Source: Caecitellus pseudoparvulus (lineage: Eukaryota; Protista; Bigyra: Bicosoecida). Taken from it: DNA of 64,000 nucleotides. Both the position numbers and the translations under genes were made by a program. The notes below the pieces were generated by a model that did not search any database, was not told the origin of the DNA, and saw only the letters and a list, made by a program, of their open reading frames with translations. The DNA is taken from assembly GCA_965644315.1 (NCBI GenBank), contig CBFFRQ010000081.1, positions 62,001-126,000 of the forward strand, given 5' to 3'. Below are positions 1-11,800 of the stretch, one piece after another (positions within the stretch are counted from its first letter, which is position 1; each line of letters opens with the position of its first letter).

Positions 1-485
1 CCTGCGTCGCTTTCCAGGCTGCCTCCCTGCTGCGACGGCCTTCAGGCTGATGGTGGTGGCCTGCATGGTGCTGGCGGTGTGCCGGCGCCGACACTGGTCG
101 GCGCAGTGCACAGCAGGGCCCTGCCTGGAAAGTGGGGACCAAGTCCTGCACACACACGTGTGTTTCTATCACTCTGGGCCTGTACTCTCTCGGCTCACAT
201 CGGCCAGGGGCTGCGGACTCGCTTGTGTTTGAGCAGCGAGAGACAATGCAGGGCTGCTGCAGCCCCACGACACCCCTCCACAGCTGCACCTTGCCGCTAC
301 TTCACCAACTCCCCACTGCACAGACAGCTGTGCATGGCTGCAGTACTCTGCTCAGCACACCCGCTCAGGCTCCCTGTGGTCAGGCCACCCGTCTGGCTCG
401 TGCGCCGAGTGGCGTTTCGTCGTTGCGTTTCACGTCACCAACTCTGCCACTGTCAGTGGTGAGGTGACGGGGACCCTCGCAGCCG

Positions 486-3400
486 ATGAGCCACACCATG
501 GCGTCTCTGGGCCCTTCGCCCCTGTTCTGGCACATCGCCACGACAGTGGCAGGGCTCTCCAAGAAGACCTACAAGGCCAGCGTGGAAGAGTTGGGGCAGC
601 TGTGCTCCCTGTACGGCGTGGAAGCCAGGATCTTCCTCGTCGCCTGTCTGCTGGCTGAAGCCCGGGACACGCGTGTGCCCCCTAACAGCATGAAGGTGCG
701 CGGCGGCAGGCTGCGCCGCCCTCCCCCGTCGCTGCACTGCACTTCCATTCCACACCATGCACCGCCCAGGCTCAACTGCTGAACACGGAGCTCAGCACGC
801 TGGCGGCGCAGTCGAACTTCGCCTCCATCATCACTCAGGTGTGTTTTTGCCTGTGCCTGGCTGGGTGGCGCGTGTGAGCACTGTGCGCCCTGGCACTCCC
901 GCCGCAGGCTTTTGAGGCGGCTTTTGGCATGGAGCCGCCCTCCGCCGCTGCCTCATCCCGCGCCCCCACGCTGCACTCCTCCATTTCTTCGGACTTCATG
1001 CACTCCCTCATCAAGACGGCCAAGCTGGATGCCGCCACTGCCGTCGTCATCAGCGTCGCCCTCATGCACTCCTCCCAACGCGAGGTGGCGCAGGTGCGTG
1101 CCTGCCTCACCAGCGCACTTGCCCCCAGCGCAACCCGCACCGCACCCCGCCGCCCCACACACAGGAGGGTTTCTCCACACTGCTGCCGGCCCTGGAGCGG
1201 TATGCGTCCAAGCAGGAGGGCGCCGCAGCAGCCACTGTCCCCGCGCACGTCGTGCAGACGCTGCTGTTCATCACGCGCACCCACAGCCTGTTCGTGGCAG
1301 ACCTCGCCAAGCAGCGCGAAGTGTGGGGGTACATCCAAGCCGCCCACCCAGACGTCGCGGGGGCGCCCGGCCTCTTCCCAGTCGCGCACGGCATGGTGAC
1401 CATCGTGGACAACGTGACCGTGCCGCCGCCCCTGCCTGCGGCGGGAGCTGCCGGAGGCGACGCTTCCAGCGCCTTGGCGGCAGCCCTCGCCCTGGGCTCT
1501 GGTCGCGTCGGCAGCGTGGACGTGGGGCACGCCCTGTCCATGGGCGGCGGCGCCGGCGTCGGCATCGTCGACATCCTCCTGGACATCGGCCCCCCCGCTT
1601 CCCTGTCCGCTGAGGTGTTCCGGGACGTCCTGCACTCCGCTGGCCGCGGGCGGGGCCCTGGCCTGCGCCCCCTCACCCCACGCGAGTACGCCCAGCTGTG
1701 TGTGCGCCTAGCCAACGACACGGTGCAGCGGGCAGCTGGCACGGCGCCGCCGGCTGCTCTGGGCGTCGCGACGCTCGCTGCCATCGCCCGCGCCGCTGGC
1801 CGCACCTTCAGCAGCAAGGCTGCGCGGGAGGTGACCGAGTGGAACCTGGGCGTCGTCAAGGGCGTGCTGGGGGAGGAGGGCCGCAAGGTGGACTGGGCCG
1901 CCGTCGTGCGGTGCATGGACCTGCCCCACGACCCTCTCGCCTCCCCCGCCGCCCACGCCCTGAACGTCGTCACCTCGGCACCCGCCTTTTCCTGCCTGGT
2001 GCAGCTGGTCAAGGGCGCCTCGGGGGCGCCCTTCCCCACCCACGCCCTGCTGGCGGACTGGAGCCACCCCCGTGCCCAGATGTCCCTCCTGGAGCTGGCG
2101 GTGGTGGCGGACCCCGCCCTGCTCACCTTTGCCGAGTGCCGCCCCATCGTGGAGCCGCTGACAGGCACGGAGTCCCGCGTGCCCCCCAACAAAGCCTGGG
2201 CCTGTGTGCCGCTGTACAGGTGCATCCTGCGCCTGGCGCATGCGGGGGGGCTGGAGGGCGCTGCCGTGCGCATGCTGGAGATCGGGCAGCGCCAGTGCCC
2301 CGAGCTGGTGCTGCTGGCCCTGTCCACTGTCAAGGTACAGGCCAACGTGCACGTGGCCATGGAGGACGGGCAGCCCCTGCGCACACGCGCCTTTGACACC
2401 ATTCTCACTACCGCCTACGGCAAGCTGTTCCACGTGGACTCGCCCCTGACGCCCTGCTCGCCCTTGCAGCAGGAGCTGCTCAGCCGCATGTGGGCGGTGT
2501 CCCCCACCCTCATGCTGAACAGCCTGCTGCGCCTGGCTGTGGCCCTGGCACGCACCGACACGCAGCGCCAGCTCAAGGCGGCGCCGCCCGCCGTCACCAA
2601 GGCGGAGGTGTTCCGGAACACCCACGAGGGCATCTCCCGCGTGGCGCAGCTGGTGAAGGACTTGCCCGGCTCCACCCACGCCTTGACGCGGTGGGCCACG
2701 CAGCCCGACGCCATCGCCCACGCTGGCTTCGTCGTGGCAGCCACTGCACCGGCCGGCACCTTCGATTTCGCCGCCTGGCTGCAGGACGGGTTGGCGGAGG
2801 GACACACTGTCTTCGCGCGCTCCCTCAGCGCCTGTGCGCGCGCCGCCATCAACTCAGCCACGACGCTGGGCGCCATGGCGCACCACAAGGCCGCAGCAGG
2901 CGGCGGCAAGCCCGCAGCCGACGCCGCCGCTGCCGCTGACGCACACCTCGCCATCAGCCCAGCACTGCTGGTGCAGGCGCTCATGGCGCTGGCTGGCGCG
3001 ACCCTGGGGCCCGCCTGTGCCTCCATCCCCCAGGACGCCAAGGCACTCCTCAACGCCGCATGCCGCAGCCTGCCCTCCGTCGCAGCTGCGTACACCGCCC
3101 ACGTCAAGGGCGAGGCTGTGGCGCTGCTGGGCACCCTGCTGCGGGGGGGCAGCTCCCCCGCCGACGCCGCTGACCGCATGGCGGTGTGGGCGGCCGCCGG
3201 CGAGGAGCGCCTGAAGGTGACCTTTGCCGCGGCGCTGCACCACCTGCTGGAACTGGTCACGCACCGCCTGCCGTCCCTGCCCAAGGAGCCGGCACAGGCG
3301 CTGGGGCGCCTGTTGGGCCTGCTCATCTCTCGGGAGGTCCTGCCTGACACCTCCCCCATCGGCCCTCGCCACGTGCTGGAGGCGCTGAGCCGGGACCCGG

Positions 3401-6400
3401 CAGGCGGCGCCCCCAACGCGGCGGTGTTTGCCTTTGGCGCCGCGGCAGCCACCTGCTTCAAGCCCAAGCTGTCGCGGTGGAAGCAGTACGCCAAGCACAT
3501 GGCTGCCATCCCACACCTGCACACAGCTGCGCCGGGGCTGGATGCCGCCGCACGCTCAGCCGTGGGCCTGCCGCCCCCCTCCAAGGCTGCGCCTGCCCCC
3601 AAGCCAGCGCCAGCACCAGCCCCTGCACCCGCCCCAGCGCCAGCCCCAGAGCCAGCTCCCGCACCAGCAACAGTGCCGGCACCTGTCCCCACCCCTGCCC
3701 CTGCCCCCGCACCCGTGCCAGCGCCGGCACCAGCCCCTGTCCCAGACGACGTCAGCCTGCCTGTGGTGGGCATGCCACCGGATGAGGCGCCCAGCCAAGA
3801 TGGTGGCCTGGTGGTGACTGACCCCACCCAGCAGCAGATTCGCGCTCGCATCCTGCGCCTCGGCGCTCCGCTGACCACTGCCCTCATGGCCGTCGCATCG
3901 GGGCAGCAGCCGCCGCCGCCACCCGCGCCTGCTGGGGCTGCTGCGGGGGGCGGCGCCTCTGACCAGCTGCAGATGGACCTCATCATGCCGGGGCAGGCGG
4001 GGGGGGGTGCTGCGCCTCGGGAGCCCCCTGCCAGCGTGCGGGACCGCTTCCAGATGATCGTGAACAACCTGACCGCGGAGAACGTACGGGACAAGGTGGT
4101 GGAGGGGCGGGCTATGGTGGTGCCCCCCCACATCCCCTGGTTCGCGCACTACCTCGTCGCGAAGCGCGTCGGCTCCCAGTTCAACTTCCACGACGTGTAC
4201 GATATGTGGCTCACGGGCATCGCCCTGCCTGAGCTGACGCGGCAGGTGGAGCTGGTCACCTTCAGGGAAGTGCGCGCCAAGCTCGCCGACGACCGCATCC
4301 GCACCTCCAAGCAGGAGCGCAGCACGCTGAAGAACCTGGGGGCGTGGCTGGGCCGCATCACGCTGGGGCGCAACCGGCCCCTGCTCACGCGCCTGCTGGA
4401 CGTCAAGGAGCTGCTCATGCAGGGGTACGAGACGGGGCGCCTGGTGGCCGTCATGGGCTTCGTGGCCAAGGTGCTGGAGCACGCCAAGCGGCCCTCCCTC
4501 TTCGCACCGCCCAACCCCTGGACCATGGCCATGCTGCGCCTGATGAAGGAGGTGCACGACGTGCCGCAGGTCAAGTCCAACCTGCGCTTCGAGCTGGGCG
4601 TCCTGTGCAAGGTGCTGCGGGTGGAGCTGGCCGACCTGCGCGCCTCCTCCCTCCTGCCCGCTCGCCTGCGCCCCACCCTCGCAGACAATCCTGACTTCCG
4701 CAAGGCCACGGCGGCAGAGGAGGCGTCAATGCCTGGCCGCGCCCGCGGCGCAGAGGCAGCCCCCACGGTGCTGCCGGGCATCCAGGCCCTCGTGCAGCTG
4801 CCAGAGGAGGTGCTGGCCGCCATCGGCTCCCACGCGCCCGCCCTGCGCCGGGCCCTGGCCGGCGTCCTGGACGTCGCCGTGCGGGACATCATGCAAGCCG
4901 TCGTGGAGCGCTCCGTCACCATCGCCTGCGTCACCTCCAAGGAGCTCGTCGTGAAGGACATGGCCACGGAACCCGCCAAGGGGCGCCTGGAGGGCGGCGC
5001 CCAGCTCATGGTGGCCCACCTCGCCGGCTCCCTCGCCCTCGTCACCTGCACCGAGCCCCTGCGCAGCAGCCTGTCCAAGCTCGTGGACAGCACCCTCGCC
5101 GGCCTGCTGGGCTCCGGCACCAACCCCCAGCACATGGCAGCCCTCACCAGCAGCCTGGCAGACAGCTTGCTGGCGGCAGGGCGCCTGCTCGTGGAGCGCG
5201 CCGCCATGCGCTGTGCTGCTCGGGACGTGGACCAGCGCCTGGCCCGGGCGTACGCGGCGCGGGACGAACACGCCGCAGCGCGCTCCGGCAAGCCCTTCGC
5301 CGACCCAGCCGTCTTCCCGCCCGGCTCCTCGTGGGCAGCCATGCTGCCCCCTGCCCTGCAGCCGCGGGCGGGCGGCCTGGACCAGCAGCAGCTCCGCGTG
5401 TACCAGGCCTTCGGCACCATGTCACCGTGGAGTGCTGCAGCCAAGGCGCCTGCTGTCGCCGCCGGCGGCGCGCAGGGGACGCCCAGGCCAGGCGTGGTCG
5501 TGGGCGCGCCTGGCGCTGGTGGCGCGGCCGGCCGTGACGCAGCAGCCCCCGCCGCCTCCCCAGAGCACGCCATCACGGCGGCGGAAGCCCGGGAGCAGTA
5601 CTTGGCCCTCATGAACAAGCTCACGGCTGGGGTGCGGGGGGCGCTGTCCCAGAACGCAGCCACCACCCTCGCCTCCCTGCCTGAAGACCACGAAGTGCCC
5701 CGCCTGCTGGCAGACATCGCCGAGGTGGCGCCCCGCGTGCACGCCGCCCAGCGCGACGCGGCAGGTGCCTCCTTCGTGCGGGGCCTCTGGTCCCAGCTGC
5801 TGGAGATGCGGGAGGACAGCCTGGCGCTGCAGGCGCTGCTGGCCATGCTCAGCTCCCTGAACCAGGCAGTGCCCCTGGTCACCAAGGAGCTGACGTCCTT
5901 CTTCAACGCCCTGCCCGCGGAACGCATGCCCTCCCCAGTGGTGCTGCTGGGGCTGCTGCGCACGGAGCCCGCCCTCGTGTCGCGGCCAGAGGTGGATGAG
6001 CACTTGGCCCGCCTGCTGGGCGACAGCGCCGCCCCCGGGCGGGCCCTGCCCCTTGTCTCCCACCTCCTGCACGTCCTGGTGGTGGAGGAGGGCGCCCTGC
6101 CCCCCACCACCTTCCGCACCACCATCGACGCCCTCGTGCTCCTGGCCCGCGCGTCCTCCTCTGCTGCCGCCCTCGCCCCCCTCACCTTCCTGCGCCCAGT
6201 GGCCACCACCCTCGCCGCAGCCCTGGGCGGCTCCCGCCCCTCCTCCGCTGACATCGAGGCGGCACGCAGGGAGCTGGCTGCGGCGCTGCGCGCAGCACCG
6301 GGAGCTGCCCCCGGCACCGTCGTCTCCGCCGTCACTGGTGTCGTGGACCCCGAGCAGGTGCGCCGGCAGGTGCTGTACCTGCTGGAGCAGTGGGTGCAGG

Positions 6401-7968
6401 TGTGTGCCGAGACGACGGCAGGCGGCGCCAGCAAGGAAGCCTACGCGCAGTACCTGCTGCTGCTTACCCAGGCTGGCGTGCTGTCCAACGAAGCCTCCAC
6501 GGAGCGCTTCCTGCGCATCATGATGGAGCTGTGTGTGCAGAGCTGCAACGCCACCGCCCAGCCGTACCCCGCCGGCACCGCCCCCGCCACGGCTGGCACT
6601 GCCCCCCGCAACAAGCTGCAGTACACCGGCGTGGACGCCATGTGCAAGCTCATCGTGCTGCTGGTGAAGGTGGCGGACTCTGTCGTGTCCAAGGTGACCA
6701 CCCTCTCCACCATCCTCGCCGTCGTCGTGCGCACGCTGCTGCAGGACTGTGCCCTGAACTCGGGCACCGACACCGCCGCCGGCGCCTTCGACCCCCGCCC
6801 CTACTTCAGGCTGCTCTCCGACCTCCTCTCCGACCTGCACTTCGGCGAGGGCGTCGCGGCGGGCGACAGCACTGCCCTGGCCTTCGAAGTGCAGTCCCTG
6901 GCCGCCATCGCCAATGTCCTGCATGCCCTGCGGCCCCAGGCCGTGCCTGCCTTTGCCTGGTGCTGGCAGGCCCTCGTCTCGCACCGCCTGCTGCTGCCGC
7001 GCCTCCTGGCCCTGCCCAACAAGGCTGGCTGGCCACACCTGCACCGCCTGCTCACTGACATGCTGCGCTTCCTGTGGCCGTACCAGGTGGGCAAGGTGAA
7101 CACGCCCGCCACCGCCCTGCTGTTCAAGGGCACCCTGCGCGTCATGCTGGTGCTCATGCACGACTGCCCAGAGTTCCTCTGCGACTACCACTTCTCCCTC
7201 TGCTGCGAGATCCACCCCAGCGCCATGCAGCTGCGCAACCTGGCCCTGTCAGCGTACCCTGCCGGCATGCAGCTGCCCGACCCCTTCCGGGCCGGCACCA
7301 GCATCGCCTCCTTCCCCGCCTGCAGCGTCACGCCCAAGCTGCCCGTGGACACCGCTGAGCTGCTGCAGGGCACGGGGGTCCTGGACGCCCTGCTGGCGTA
7401 CCTGCGCTCAGGCAGCCCTGCCTCCGGCCCGACCACTCTGTTGAAGTCTGTGGAGGCAGGTGCCGGTGATTGGCAGCGGGAGGCGCTGCCTGCCCTCATC
7501 CTGCACATCATCGCAGACGCCGTCCAGGGCGGCAACGCAGCAGCGGCGCCAGGCCCCCACATGACCCTCCTCAGCACCCTCGTGTTCGGGGCACCGCCGC
7601 CCCTCCGGCACCAGCTCCTGGAAGCCCTTGTGAACCAGCTGCGGTACCCCTGCTCCCACACCTGCTTCGCAGCGCATGCTGTGTGGGCTCTCTTCCTGGA
7701 CGGCTCGCCTGCTGTGCGGGAGCAGGTGACGCGGTGCACCCTGGAGCGCCTGCTGGTGCACCGGCCACACCCGTGGGGCCTCCTCGTCACGTTCGTGGAG
7801 CTGGTGTGCAACACCAAGTACGCCTTCTGGGACAACGCCTTCACCAAGGGCAACGCGGACATCGAGCGCCTCTTCGCCAATGTCTCCAAGTCCTTCTCCC
7901 AACAGCAGCAGCAGCAGCAGCAGCAGCCGGGGACTGGCCCCTCCGCTGGTGCGAGCTCTGGAAGGTGA
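486..7968 (+). CDS. CNOT1: CCR4-NOT complex scaffold subunit 1 (Not1); 4 exons (486-695, 770-838, 908-1093, 1165-7968)
   Basis: Recognisable motifs: CAF1-binding MIF4G (VRDRFQMIVNNLT..WFAHYLVAKRV..ERSTLKNLGAWLGRITL), DUF3819 (VVERSVTIACVTSKELVVKD) and the Not1 C-terminal domain (HDCPEFLCDYHF..QLRNLALSAYP..NQLRYP..LERLLVHRPHPWGLLVTFVEL). GT-AG introns at 696-769, 839-907 and 1094-1164 join the upstream ORFs in frame. The start could be 486 or 498. Confidence 0.95.
3586..3745 (+). repeat. Coding low-complexity (Pro-Ala)n linker in CNOT1
   Basis: Degenerate GCN-CCN repeats encoding APAPKPAPAPAPAP... Confidence 0.8.
7900..7926 (+). repeat. CAA(CAG)8 microsatellite encoding poly-Q near the CNOT1 C-terminus
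   Basis: caacagcagcagcagcagcagcagcag, translated QQQQQQQQQ. Confidence 0.85.
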
Positions 7969-8038
7969 AGTGCGCTGCCACAGCGTGGTGAGTGTGTGTG
8001 TGTGGAGGGAGCAATGCATTCCTTCGACGTTGGCGGGG

Positions 8039-8072
8039 TCACCGCTCGGCGTGGGCGGCGATGACGTCAGCG

Positions 8073-8103
<31 letters not shown>

Positions 8104-8631
8104 CCCCACTGAGGGGGGTGGCGTCGTTGCCCTTGGGGTGGATGAAGCACACGTCGTGCCCTGCAGCGCCCTTGCGGATGCCACCAGGCGTGAAGCGCAT
8201 GCCTTGCTGCCCCAGCCATGCCACAGCTGCAGGCAGGTCGTCCACCCACAGCCCGACGTGGTTCAGCGCAGGCACGTGCACCTTGGGGGACTTGCCTGCG
8301 TCCAGGGGCTGCATGATGTCCACCTCCACAGCGTGGGGGCCGTGGCCCAGGGTCAGGATGTCCTCATCCACGTTCTCCTTCTCGCTGCTGAAGGTGCCAG
8401 TCTTGGTCAGCCCGAGACTGTCCACCCACAGCGCCGACAGCGCGCTCTTGGACAGGCCCCCCACAGCAATCTGCTGCAGGCCAAGCACACGGAAAGGGCG
8501 TGTCTGTGAAGATTGCAAGGGAAGGAGTGGGCGTGTCTGTTCTAGGTCCAGGAGGGGCTTGGCGCCAGGGCACGCACGGCGCTGGCAGTGGACAGCGCTC
8601 GTGCGCCTCGTGCCACGGCGGAGGACAGCAT
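8039..8631 (-). CDS. VOC/glyoxalase-family protein (methylmalonyl-CoA epimerase-like) with a probable mitochondrial transit peptide; 2 exons (8631-8578, 8503-8039)
   Basis: [59 protein letters not shown]. Exon 1 ([18 protein letters not shown]) is spliced in frame through a GTGCGT...CACAG intron at 8504-8577. Confidence 0.85.
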
Positions 8632-8773
8632 GGCGTCCGAGCAGAGACCGCGCAGGTGCAATACAATGAAAACTCGCAGAGTTTGAATGCCAGTCGCATG
8701 TAGAAGAGCGCTGCGTTGTCGTGTGTGTGGGTAGTGCCGCGGCGGCGCTCTTGCTGCGCGAGCTGGAGAAGCG

Positions 8774-8782
8774 TGCGGAAAT
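8774..8782 (-). promoter_or_regulatory. ATTTCCGCA motif in the divergent promoter between the VOC gene and the ANK-kinase-KEN gene
   Basis: One of ten exact copies, all near gene 5' ends or in first introns. Confidence 0.55.
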
Positions 8783-8866
8783 TGGCCCAGCCGAAACGCC
8801 GAAGCACTCCGCTGCCTCGCCGAGAGGGAGCTGGGCTGGGCATCAGCAGCATGGCTGGAGAGCAAG

Positions 8867-11800
8867 ATGAGCGGCGTGGCGGCATCAACATCTGCGCCAG
8901 CGTCATTGAGGACTATGAAGGCCACCAAGCCTCACAGTGAGTGCGCAGACCAGGCAATCAGTGCCTGCTCTGCTTCACACACGTGGCCGCCCGCCCCCAC
9001 GCCCAGAGCGCAGCACAGCCCCTCCCAACTGGTCAGCATTTCACCCAACGTCTCTGTGTCCAGTAACCTGGCGCAGTTGTCTCTGCCCCCTGGTACAGCG
9101 CCTGACGCAGGGTCAGAAGGGCCACCTGGCAGCAGCACTGGCTCGCCAGCCTCTGCTCCACGCGCTGGCACCAGCGCCCCGAAGCCACGCGTGGTGCAGG
9201 GCAGCCGGCGCATGACCCGCACCAGCAGCCTCGTGTCGTCCACCTCCGCAGGGCGCTCCCGCGCTGGCGCCTTCTCTGAGGCTGGCAGCGAGGCAGAGGG
9301 GGGGTCGGACGGCGCCGGAGGGGACCTCATGATCGCCCTGCGCAGCGGCAAGGTGCACGCCGCCCTGGAGTTGCTGGAGAGCGACCCGTCCTGCCTGAAT
9401 GCCCGTGGCGCCAGCCCTCTGAACGATGTGCTGCCCCTGCTGCTGCACAGCTTGGCGGAGCAGTACGACACCTTCGGCATCACCGGCAGCGAGGCGGTGT
9501 TCTTCACCTTCTTCCGGCGCCTGTGGCAGTTCATGACGCCGCACGAGCAGACCAACAACCGCACGCTGGCGACGTTCTTCTACGCCGCCTGCAAGTTCAA
9601 CCAGCTGGACTTCGTGGCGTGGGTGCTGCCCATCATCGCCGCCCGTACCACCCTCTCCATCGAGCGCCTCATCGTGGACCGCCTGTACAGCTACAACCGC
9701 CTGCGGCACTGTGCGCTGCACTACGTCGCACGCAACGGCAACGTGCGCCTGCTGCAGTGCCTGTCCTCCTTCGTGGCGCACCCGCTGCTGCAGGAGGCCA
9801 GCCTGCTCATGCAGTTCCCGCCGGGGCAGGAGGGTATGGAGTTGTCGTCGCTGTACATCGCAGCCCAGCAGCGCCATGCCGGCTTCGTGCGCCACGCGCT
9901 GGCGCCACACCTGGAGGCCCAGGGGGGTGGCGGGGAGGGCGGCGCGTCACCCTTCACGCCCGCCCTGCGCCAGCTGGTGCTGTGCCTCATGGTGCACGGG
10001 CTCATCGCGCTGGACGACACAGCCACTGCCGCGTGGATGGTGGGGGAGGCGCTGCCGGGCCTGGACCCCCTCATCTTCGCCCTGCCCATGGCCTTCTCGG
10101 GCCCCATGTCCCTGCCAGTGTCCCTGGAAGCCAAGGCGCAGGCCAAGCTCAGCGCCGCGTCGGCAGGTCGCACCAGCCGACCGCCCAATGCCCCAAACTG
10201 CCTCGGCTTGCACTTGTGTGTGTACCGCATGCCGCCGTCCACTCACCAGGCGGCGTCGGTGCCCTCCGCTGCCGCTGCAGTGGGCATTCAGGGCGTGGGC
10301 GGGCCCAAGGAGACGGCGGTGGAGCGCGTGAAGGCGTTTGCAGCAGCCATGTCCGCCAACCCTGCCTCGTCCAGCGACGAGGAGGGCAGGGGGCGCGCGC
10401 TCACATCGCACCTGGTCAACGCAGCGGCAGCCACCACCCCCTCCGCGCCCCAGCCAGCACTGCGCCTGTTCACGTGGCTGCTGGAGCGCTTCCCCTGGTT
10501 GGCGTCGGTGCCCTTCGCCATCGCCGTGGGGGAGGGTGGCGCACAGCACATCGAGTGGCGCAATGCGTTTCACTCGGCCTGCTCGGTGGGGCACCGTGGC
10601 GCCGCCCAGGCGCTGCTGGCTGCAGACCGCACGCTGCTGCACACGTACACGACTTCGGGCGGCAGTGACAGCGCCGACGGCAGCTCGGCAAGTCACCGTG
10701 GCAGCGTGGTGGAGAACCACCCCCTGTGGCTGGCGCTGGGCCAAGCGCGCATGACGGGGCAGTATGACTTCCTGCGCTGGCTGCTGCAGCACTACCCGCC
10801 GCTGGTCATCGAGCGGGAGATTTACTCCCAGTGCGAAGGGCTGTACGCCGTCGTGCCTGACTTCGTGAAGGCGCTGTGCAAGGCGACTGGCCTTCGCCTG
10901 CGCAAGTTCATGCCGCCTGGCGCCGCCCGCCCGTCCGACAGCAGCAGCATCCCCCTGGACCGCAGCGTGTCCAGCGCAGGCTCCACAGACGGCGGCAGTG
11001 GCCTGACCGCGGAGCAGGCGGAGACACTGCGCGCGGCAGCAGAGGCGTCCCTGCTGGCAGACTTGGCGGCAGAGGAGGCGGCCAGCGTCGCGTCAGGCGC
11101 GTCGGCCAGCACCGGCAAGAGCAAGGGGTCGCGCCGGCGCCGTAGACGCGCCCGCAAGGGCAGCCACAGCACGCCAGGGGGCGCACCCCGCAGCCGGGCA
11201 GGCAGCGCACCTGACACGCTGCAGCCGCCCACGCCTGCAGGCAGTGATGGCGAGGCTGAGGCGCCGTCCTTCTGGAGGGGGGCGGGGGAGCACGCGGGCA
11301 CGCTGTACGTCGTGGGGCGTGCCACGGGGGTGGTGCCTGCCGAGGCCACACAGGATGACTGGCTGGACTTCACGCCTGTCACATCGGCCGCACGCCGCTC
11401 CGCCCGAAGCCACGCTGCCGCCGCGGCAGGTCAGGTGCGCAGGCGACGGGGCTCTGGCTCCGCCCCCCGCAACCCTGTCCCGGTGCGCCCACCCCACCGG
11501 GCGGGGGCGGGGGTGACTGAGGTCCCACCTGCGGCACAGCGGCCACCTCACTCCAGCCTTGAACCCACCGCCCAAGCAGTGCACAAGCCACCGCCTCAGC
11601 GAGAAGGGGTGAAACAGGCACCACCACCTTCGCCACAGCCAGCCCCGGCACCGGTTGTGGCAGAAGTGCCGCCGCCCCCCGCCCCAGCAGCTGCAGTGGG
11701 CGCTGGGTCCACCCCGCCGGCGCCGCTCCCACAGCCGCGCGAAGAGCACAGCGCAGGAGGGGGCAGCGGCCTGTCAGTGTCGGAAATGGCAGAGGAGCAC

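Noticed and set aside
1-66. Possible minus-strand gene start (MQATTISLKAVAAGRQPGKRRR) divergent from CNOT1
   Set aside because: Plausible ATG context, but too short and truncated by the window edge to support a call.
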